Source: Eledone cirrhosa
Lineage: Eukaryota
Assembly (NCBI GenBank): GCA_964016885.1
Contig: OZ024741.1
Location: 404,674,001 to 404,738,000, forward strand
Direction of reading: 5' to 3'
DNA: 64,000 nt
Shown: one piece after another, positions 55,430 to 64,000 of the stretch
Position numbering within the stretch: position 1 is the stretch's first letter
Layout of the letters: each line of letters opens with the position of its first letter
Notes under the pieces: model-generated
The model's database searches: none
What the model was told of the DNA's origin: nothing
The model's input: the letters and a program-made list of their open reading frames with translations, nothing else
Made by a program: the position numbers and the translations under genes

Positions 55430-55570
55430 TGATTTCTTCTTCTTCTTTTTCTTTTTCTTTTTCTTTTTCTTTTTCTTTTTCATTTTCTTTTTCTTTTTCT
55501 TCTTCTCCTTTTCTTCTTTTTCTTCTTCTTTCTTCTTCTTCTTTTTTTCTTCTTCCTCTACTTCTTCTCC
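55430..55570. repeat. (TTC)n/(TTTTTC)n polypyrimidine tract
   Basis: Direct inspection. Confidence 0.93.
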
Positions 55571-55947
55571 CCTTCTGCCAGTATATCACTCTACACCAGT
55601 GTCTGTCACAGATTGCTACCTGTCATTCTCCGGTAAAGCACCCTCTTACAACAACCACACTACTTTTAATCCCACATCATACTAATTACATTCTGTGAAC
55701 TTTATTCAGTCGACGTATGCCAATACAGATCAATCTCTAATGTCTTTAAAATAAAATCTAGGACACGTTGTATAATATACTCATGTATACAAGCCATTGT
55801 TAATTCCTTAGTGTCGCCATGGTTTGAGATTTGACTTCAACCTCTTCAGAAACAAGATCAGTTAGGGGTTCTTTAGCAGTAGGCTTTAATATTATATATG
55901 ATGTAGTCAAACTGTGTATATAAGTATATATATATATATATATATAT

Positions 55948-56167
55948 CTAGGGTGGGTAAAATTCTCGAGATCCATGGACGAGTTCTTTCCAGCGGTCTC
56001 TGTCCCTCATTATCGCTGCCATGAGACCAGTGCCTGTCCTTAGGGCATCAATATATGTTAACCTCGGCCTTCCTCTTCCAGTGTGTCCATGCAGGGGCTC
56101 CCACAGGAGCACTGAGTGCAGTGTCAACTTTGGATGTAGGTGAGCATGTCCAGCTAACCTTAGTCTA
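55948..56167 (-). mobile_element. 3' end of an RTE-type LINE
   Basis: RLRLAGH...VLLWEP..G...RGRPRLTYID.L.......MRDRDRW is the typical RTE C-terminal motif; bounded by microsatellites. Confidence 0.8.
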
Positions 56168-56369
56168 TGTGTGTGTGCGTGTGTGTGTGTGTGTGCGTGT
56201 ATAAATATATATATATATATATACATTGTCAGTTGAATAAGGTATTTAACGAAATCACTTTACCTTTAACTCTACAAAATACTTCAGCAATGCTGGTATA
56301 GTCACTGCCTCCGTCTCTCCCGCTCTCCCCATCTCTCACTATTATAAGCAAATGGGGGTCCATACATTG

Positions 56370-56520
56370 GTCACCCCGCAACTCCTGTGGACAGAATAGA
56401 GAAGGTGTTTCCCAGGAGGATGGTGAGGAAGTCTTGTGGGAAGAGCAGCCATTCCATCTCGCGATGCACACACCTGCGGGTAGCCAGCTCCGTGTCGATG
56501 GTTGGGAGTTGAGTGATGGT
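56370..56520 (-). mobile_element. CRE-clade LINE 3' end, contiguous with the 68-bp minisatellite
   Basis: Translates GPRTITQLPTIDTELATRRCVHREMEWLL...TILLGNTFSILSTG, homologous to 6343-6485. Confidence 0.7.
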
Positions 56521-57650
56521 CCTAGGGCCAAAGACACCAGAAGTCTCCACTGCTACGAGGTGCTGATGGTGGTGTGTAGGGAGGTGGTCCTAGGTCAAAG
56601 GACACCAGAAGTCTCCACTGCTACAGGGTACTGATGGTGGTGTGTATGTGTAGGGAGGTGGTCCTAGGGCCAAGGACACCAGAAGTCTCCACTGCTACGT
56701 GGTACCGATGGTGGAGTGTAGGGAGGTGGTCCTAGTGTCCAAGGACACCAGAAGTCTCCACTGCTACGAGGTGCCGATGGTGGTGTGTAGGGAGGTGGTC
56801 CTAGGGCCAAGGACACCAGAGGTCTCCACTGCTACGAGGTGCCGATGGTGGAGTGTAGGGAGGTGGTCCTAGGGCCAAGGACACCAGAGGTCTCCACTGC
56901 TACGAGGTGCCGATGGTGGTGTGTAGGGAGGTGGTCCTAGGGCCAAGGACACCAGAGGTCTCCACTGCTACGAGGTGCCGATGGTGGAGTGTAGGGAGGT
57001 GGTCCTAGGGCCAAGGACACCAGAGGTCTCCACTGCTACGAGGTGCCGATGGTGGTGTGTATGGAGGTGGTTCTAGGGCCAAGGACACCAGAGGTCTCCA
57101 CTGCTACGAGGTGCCGATGGTGGTGTGCAGGGAGGTGGTCCTAGGGCCAAGGACACCAGAGGTCTCCACTGCTACGAGGTGCCGATGGTGGTGTGTAGGG
57201 AGGTGGTCCTAGGGCCAAGGACACCAGAGGTCTCCACTGCTACGAGGTGCCGATGGTGGTGTGTAGGGAGGTGGTCCTAGAGCCAAGGACACCAGAGGTC
57301 TCCACTGCTACGAGGTGCCGATGGTGGTGTGCAGGGAGGTGGTCCTAGGGCTAAGGACACCAGAAGTCTCCACTGCTACGAGGTGCTGATGGTGGTGTGT
57401 AGGGAGGTGGTTCTAGAGCTAAGGACACCAGAAGTCTTCACTGTTACAGGGTACTGATGGTGGTGTGTAGGGAGGTGGTTCTAGAGCCAAGGACACCAGA
57501 AGTCTTCACTGTTACAGGGTACTGATGGTGGTGTGTAGGGAGGTGGTCCTAGGGCCAAGGACACTAGAAGTCTCCACTGCTACAGGGTACTGATGGTAGT
57601 GTATAGGGAAGTGGTCCTAGGGCCAAGTACACCAGAACTCTCCACTGCTA
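56518..57650. repeat. 68-bp GC-rich minisatellite, ~17 copies, derived from CRE endonuclease coding sequence
   Basis: Period 68 (56798/56866); unit gtcctagggccaaggacaccagaggtctccactgctacgaggtgccgatggtggtgtgtagggaggtg; minus strand encodes LVAVETSGVLGPRT. Confidence 0.95.
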
Positions 57651-58814
57651 TGGGCAATTTGAATATAGGATGGTATGATAGGGGCTTGAAAGCTTTAGAT
57701 CGATTGTCTGTGTATTCATTGATGACCTGGGACATAATAAAAATGTTCACAACAACCAAAAGTCACTTCATTGAAAACTTTTTCTTCTCGTGTCTGACGC
57801 TAACACATTTATTACAGCAATACACTGCCACATTACAAGTTGTCGACATTTATGTGTCCAATACAATGAAATTAAAACCCATTCGGCTTGTGTATGGTTA
57901 TCGCAATAAAGCCAATCGTTTTCAATGCATATCTCTCATAAAGCAATATGAACTTGAGCCAAGTAACCGGAGATGAAACAAAAGAAAACTTTAACATACT
58001 AGCCATACAAAAATCAATATTTGTTCTGGCTTCATTACAAATTTAGCTGAAAATTAAATCCTTCTCTCAATCAATACTTTTTCTCATTTTTTGTTGTGTT
58101 TTTATGGTTGTTTTTTTTTGTTTTGTTTTTTTGTATACCCTGTTTTTTTTTCCTCGTTACTAAAGACCATGATTGGCGTGTCTGGGATTGCAATGAGGTC
58201 TAAACAACCGCAGTATATGAGAGTCACTTTCTCTCTACTCTTTCTTTTATTTCGTCCATTTTGCTTGTTTGCTCTTTCGTAGCTGGTTTTATATTGGAGC
58301 TGGTCGGTTTTTTTTTACTGTTCATTGTCTCTGTTCTATTCTAACAGCTATTGGAAATGTCTCCAAAGCTCTACGTTAAGTGGATAAATCTATTCTCAAT
58401 AACATTTTTAGAATAAATGATATTCTATATTAACATATCAGTAAGCCAGAACCCATTACTGATATATAGGTGATTGAAAACACTTAGAATGACGTCTACT
58501 GGTTAAATACACAACAAAAAATGCGTGAAAAGAAATTGAACTACAATATATTGAACTAGTGTCTGGGTCAGCACAATATCCACTCGGCCTTTCTGGATAA
58601 ATGGGGCAAGAGTGGGCAAGGAGGCCAAATTAGGATCAAACTAAGGCAAAATAGTGAAGTGGGGAATAGAGGGGTCCGGTGAGAGAGAGAGGAATGGGAC
58701 AAAACTTAGGAACGTTTAGTAAGTAGACATGTGGAGGGGCAAAGAGTGGTTAAGAAGAAAAAAGTGGGCTAAAGTGGCCGAAAGAGGGAGCAGAGGGGAA
58801 AGGAAGGGGGGTAT

Positions 58815-58935
58815 GAGATGAAGAGGAGGAAGGAGATGAAGGGGGAGATGAAGGGGGGGGATAAGATGAAGAGGAGGAAGGAGATGAAGGGGGAGATGAA
58901 GGGGGGATAAGATGAAGAGGAGGAAGGAGATGAAG
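58815..58935. repeat. Purine-rich imperfect tandem repeat built from gagatgaag units
   Basis: Direct inspection. Confidence 0.8.
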
Positions 58936-59198
58936 GGAAAGGAGAGATGATGTATCTAGGCCTCTAGATTTCATTGCATTTGTGTGCTGCACCACACTAT
59001 TAGATATGAATCCCAAGTATCCAATACTGTGCCGAATAATGGTAAAATCTTGATTGATATATATATCTAATAATCCATATATCTACATATATCGGGCCAG
59101 ATCGATTCAGATCGAACCTTGAGCTGATCAATAGCGAAACACGCGTCACCAATCAATAAACGTAATGACGGTATAACAAATCGTCCTTGTATTATTAT

Positions 59199-59238
<40 letters not shown>

Positions 59239-59344
59239 AGTGTGTGCATCTGTGTATGAGTATGTGTGTGTAAGAGAGAGAGTGTGCGTGAGTGTAGGAA
59301 TAATAAATACCACGACCAAATTCCAAAGAGGACCTGATAAGGGT

Positions 59345-59712
59345 TATATATATATGATAAAGGTTAAGAAATCTTTGGTCATTTGAACGGCTGCTATTTT
59401 TAGTAGCAGTACATTGACCTGTCCACCTAGCTTTTGCTTTTGCACACGGTACCAGGCAGAATTGTTTCATCTCTCATTTACTCTCATTCGGGAACAATTG
59501 TGTGTGGCGCCAGTTTGTGATTAGAACTCGAAAATGTTATATTCTCCGAGTGAGAAAAGCCTTCTGACGACGATCTCTTTCTCAATGAAAATCCGCTTGG
59601 ATTATCTGTTTATTTTGGGATCAGAAACCGCGGTAAAGGCACATTTAGTAAGTACAGTAACATTTTTAGAAATTTATTTCAAAACTTTTTCTCTATTTGC
59701 TTGACCCTGATT
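59345..59712 (+). mobile_element. Solo Penelope pLTR-like or retrozyme-like unit between TA-rich tracts
   Basis: Contains the hammerhead at 59559-59640; TA-rich flanks sharing gataagggttatatata; boundaries approximate. Confidence 0.55.
59559..59640 (+). ncRNA. Type I hammerhead ribozyme, canonical core
   Basis: gcctt-CTGACGA-c-gatctc...gggatc-a-GAAA-ccgcgg-TA-aaggc; palindromic stem III; GUA triplet; C-A mismatch at 10.1-11.1. Confidence 0.82.
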
Positions 59713-60157
59713 TTATATATATACATATATATAAGGATAAGGGTTATGTATACATATATATATACATATATATAAGATAAGGGTTTTATATATACATATA
59801 TATATATATATATGATAAGGGTTATATATACATATATATATACATATATATAAGATAAGGGTTATATATACATATATATATATACATAAACGGAAAAAAT
59901 GAAACGAAATTTCATTTCCCATTCTTAGTACGGCTGTTACTTAAATATAAGTATGTACACGTACATACATATATGTATACAGACGTACAGTAGTATGTAT
60001 ATATATATATATACATACATGCACACATATATATATGTACGTATGGATTCACCGAACATTTATTATAATGCTCGGTGTGTTTGCAAACAAACATCCCGTA
60101 TTAAGTCGTAGTGTCTAGCAACCATCGTTGCTCGTTTGTTCAACACTGACAAAGGAA

Positions 60158-60198
60158 CGCTGTACTAGTTTCAAGCTTATTAGCTATCGTCAACAACG
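60158..60198 (-). ncRNA. Type I hammerhead ribozyme, C3U copy
   Basis: Minus strand: cgttg-TTGACGA-t-agct-aata-agct-t-GAAA-ctag-TA-cagcg. Confidence 0.7.
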
Positions 60199-60579
60199 TA
60201 TACCTTCCTGCCAGATTGTTGAACGTATATACTTACCTTATGCATATTAACGGCTGAGTAGCCCAATTTGCATATCGAGTGGGTTAATCGGCCGGGTGCA
60301 CCGAAAATGATAAACGGAAAAAATGAAACGAAATTTCATTTCCCTCTCTTAGTACGGCTGTTACTTAAATATAAGTATGTACACGTACATACATATATGT
60401 ATACAGACGTACAATAGTATGTATATATGCATACATGCACACATATATATATATATATGTACGTATGGATGCACCGAACATTTATTATAATGCTCGGTGT
60501 GTTTGTAAACAAACATCCCGTATTAAGCCGTAGTGTCTAGCAACCATCGTTGCTCATTTCTTCAACACTGACAAAGGAA

Positions 60580-60620
60580 CGCTGTACTAGTTTCAAGCTT
60601 ATTAGCTATCGTCAGCAACG
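60580..60620 (-). ncRNA. Type I hammerhead ribozyme, canonical core
   Basis: Minus strand: cgttg-CTGACGA-t-agct-aata-agct-t-GAAA-ctag-TA-cagcg. Confidence 0.85.
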
Positions 60621-60846
60621 TATACTTTCCTGCTAGATTGTTGAACGTATATACTTACCTTATGCATATTAACGGCTGAGTAGCCCAATTTGCATATCGA
60701 GTGGGTTAATCGGCCGGGTGCACCGAAAACGATAAACGGAAAAAATGAAACGAAATTTCATGTACGTCTGTATACATATATGTATGTACGTGTACATACT
60801 TATATTTAAGTAACAGCCGTACTAGGAGTGGGAAATGAAAGGTATA

Positions 60847-60887
60847 CGTTGCTGACGATAGTTAATAGGCTTGAAACTAGTACAGCG
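60847..60887 (+). ncRNA. Type I hammerhead ribozyme, canonical core
   Basis: cgttg-CTGACGA-t-agtt-aata-ggct-t-GAAA-ctag-TA-cagcg; both stem II substitutions keep pairing as G-U. Confidence 0.83.
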
Positions 60888-61276
60888 CTCCTTTGTCAGT
60901 GTTGAATAAACCAGCAACGATGGTTGCTAGACACTACGGCTTAATACGGGATGTTTGTTTACAAACACACCGAGCATTATAATAAATGTTCGGTGAATCC
61001 ATACATACATATATATATATGTGTGCATGTATGTATATATATATATATATATACATACTACTGTACGTCTGTATACATATATGTATGTACGTGTACATAC
61101 TTATACTTAAGTAACAGCCGTACTAAGAGTGAGAAATGAAATTTCGTTTCATTTTTTCCGTTTATCGTTTTCGGTGCACCCGGCCGATTAACCCACTCGA
61201 TATGCAAATTGGGCTACTCGGCCGTTAATATGCATAAGGTAAGTATATACGTTCAACAATCTGGCAGGAAGGTATA

Positions 61277-61317
61277 CGTTGCTGACGATAGCTAATAAGC
61301 TTGAAACTAGTACAGCG
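61277..61317 (+). ncRNA. Type I hammerhead ribozyme, canonical core
   Basis: cgttg-CTGACGA-t-agct-aata-agct-t-GAAA-ctag-TA-cagcg. Confidence 0.85.
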
Positions 61318-61845
61318 TTCCTTTGTCAGTGTTGAACAAACGAGCAACGACGGTTGCTAGACACTACGGCTTAATACGGGATGTTTGTTTACAAACACAC
61401 CGAGCATTATAATAAATGTTCGGTGAATCCATAGGTACATATATATATGTGTGCATGTATGTATATTTATATACATACTACTGTACGTCTGTATACATAT
61501 ATGTATGTATGTGTACATACTTATATATATATATATACATATATATAAGATAACGGTTATATATACATATATATATATACATATAAATATACATAAACCC
61601 ATGGAGTAAATATTTATTATTAATACAGATTAAAAGGTTAAGCAAACAATTTCTGCTTTCACCCTAAGCGGAGTCATCTAAAAGTTTCAGGTGATCCCAC
61701 TTTCTTTTGTAGCCCTAGATTTCTTGTTTTTCCCCTCCTTTTCCTTTCATTTGTGGCATTTATAGTCCTTTCTTCTACTTTCCTATACAGCCAGATCTGC
61801 CCTTCTTTACCTCTTCCACTTTTTCTCAATAATAAATATATATAT

Positions 61846-61965
61846 GAAGCCGTGTGGCTGAGTGGTTAGAGAATTGGATTCGCAATCTTGAGGTTGTGAG
61901 TTGGATTCCTGGACCAGGCGATGCGTTATGTCCTTGAGCAAGACACTTTATTTCACGTTGCTCCT
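61846..61965 (+). mobile_element. tRNA-derived CORE-type SINE head
   Basis: A-box gtggctgagtggttag, B-box-like gagttggattcc, CORE-like tgtccttgagcaagacactttatttcacgttgctcc. Confidence 0.7.
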
Positions 61966-62349
61966 TCTACCTGGAGTTGCGACCAATAGATAGTATTAGC
62001 AATTGGAATGACCAACGGAAACATTGTTTCCTCGGTTCGATTTGATGAAAGTCGATCGATGAATGAATGAATGAAGGTCGTCTGTTCCATACAAAGCTTG
62101 AGTTCTTGCATTTTACGTCTTTTGCTTCGTGCCATGAGATCTCAAATGGCTTTTCAGTCCTGAACTACTTCCGCTACTAAAGCATCCATACATACGAGAT
62201 ATTGAGAAGGCCTCTACGTGGTCACTCAACCTGTTAGAAATAGAAGCCAAATATATTTTTTTCCAAACGATATGTTAATCAGTACCAAAATAGTCTTCGT
62301 GGAATCGGGTTTCATTTTAGTTTAAAATTCTTCTTCATGCCCCTTACAC

Positions 62350-62680
62350 ACACCCTCTCTTCCACTCTCTCTCTCCCCTCCCCCTCTCTCTCTCCTACTC
62401 TCTATCTCCTCCCCCTCTCTCTCTCCTACTCTCTCTCTATATATATATCTATTTATCTATCTCACTCTTTCTCTCTCTCTCATTTTCTCTCAATCTCTCA
62501 CTGATACTCGGTTTCTCTTTTCATCTCCCTTACTTATTCCCCCCCTCTCTCTCTCTATTTCTTTCTCCGTCTTACACACTCTATCTCACTCTCTCTTTCT
62601 CTCTCACTCTATCTCTCTATCTCTCTCTCACTCATTCTCTCTCACTCTATCTCTCTCACTCACACATACACACACAGAAC
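62350..62680. repeat. Degenerate (CT)n microsatellite
   Basis: Direct inspection. Confidence 0.9.
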
Positions 62681-63304
62681 AGATACTTACACACACATTA
62701 ACATTTCTGATAAAAAAAATCTATTTGGCAGAAAACTTAAATATTTTATGAATAATTAACTGTCTTTTGGGCTTTCAACAAGTTAAATATATTCGTTAAA
62801 GAAAATGATATTCTTTTCTTTTTATCCTTTCTATCATTCACTTCCTCGTTCTTCTATTTCTTCTTTGTTTTCTATTTCTTTTTCGTTTTTATTCATTTGT
62901 TAAGAAAGAAAGGAGATAAAGTCCCTCGTTAGTTTGAAGTTTGAAAATAACAAAACAATCAGACAAAATAAAATGAAGCAATTGTCCTGTAAATAATGTT
63001 AATGTCATAAATAAGGCATATATATTTTTTCTTCAATCGATGATTCTTTTTTTCACAAACATTTATTCCTGTATCCACGTGTCTGTGGAATGACTGTCAG
63101 AATATCTTGTGTATTTAGTTATGTACTCTTACGTAGACAGTGTGATATGTTTGTTTCAGCCAGAGCAGGACTTTCACCTGCTGAGGCCCCAAGTTATATA
63201 TTTGAGGCCCTCCTCTGAAAACAATTTCTGCTAAATAAAAAATTTAAATAATTATATATGTTTATAATTGTTCATATTAGTGTTAATGATAAAGAATAGA
63301 TTAT

Positions 63305-63352
<48 letters not shown>

Positions 63353-63570
63353 AGAATGAATAATAACAGGTAGACATCATAATTATTCATTCTTTATATA
63401 CAGGTAGACATCATTATTATTCATTCTTTATATACACTCCAGAATACTGAAGTATCAGGAACTAAGTTTCTTCAACAATTCTTCCTTAACTCGTAGAGTA
63501 ACCTCTTACCGTACGTCAACCATATGCAGTGTAGTAATTAACCATTACTACATCTTGGATAATCCTATAC

Positions 63571-63664
<94 letters not shown>

Positions 63665-64000
63665 TATAGGTTCAGGACACCGACGGCAGAGGTGGATAAC
63701 TGACGACAATGACGTCAAAGTTTCTAACGCTGGTCGTTATCAAGCCATTGCATCTTATCCTGCTTGGAAGGATTTCAAAATATTTATTCATAAACATACC
63801 GTATATCGCTAGACATACAAAATCACATGCCTCATACACACCCATGTATATGAATATATATATATATATATATGAAAGACGTAAATAAGAAAGTTATGAA
63901 AATTGACTTACTTACTAAAATTATTACGTAAAATTATTACGTAACTATATTTATCCCCTTACAGAAACTAATTAGTTGGAGTGAAATTTTAGTAAGTAAG

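Larger units (their letters stand above)
59887..61522. repeat. Inverted array of ~422-430-bp hammerhead-containing units: two minus-strand copies, then about two plus-strand copies
   Basis: taaacggaaaaaatgaaacg recurs at 59887, ~60311 and ~60733; orientation flips at ~60760; plus-strand hammerheads are 430 bp apart. Confidence 0.92.

Noticed and set aside
56518-57650. CRISPR-like 68-bp periodicity
   Set aside because: The whole unit repeats with no variable spacer; explained as a CRE-derived minisatellite
61846-61920. tRNA gene
   Set aside because: A and B boxes are present but there is no complete cloverleaf and it continues into a CORE-like SINE body
63695-63741. CTGACGA flanked by complementary gataac/gttatc
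   Set aside because: No GAAA half-core; at best a badly decayed motif

Overview
Gene-free, repeat-saturated eukaryotic DNA. The microsatellites, Meta- and CORE-type SINEs and Penelope debris suggest a cephalopod or other mollusc such as Octopus; this is inference. No host protein-coding gene is supportable. A ~29 kb satellite of 35-bp monomers (8028-37180) carries higher-order repeats. A cluster at 41.6-52.7 kb holds a degenerate Penelope-like element and two Tx1/L1-clade LINEs bounded by (GATA)n. Fragments of CRE and RTE LINEs, SINEs and mariner-type MITEs are scattered through the flanks. The main hidden signal is a dense set of type I hammerhead ribozyme motifs from at least four unrelated sequence families with canonical or covariant cores, plus two families with non-canonical cores. 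They include a 4x591-bp tandem array with one U3-A8 hammerhead per unit and an inverted array of ~422-430-bp units with one hammerhead per unit. Both look like retrozymes or Penelope pLTR multimers that could self-cleave into monomers and circularise. All alignments and folds were done by eye; activity is untested.
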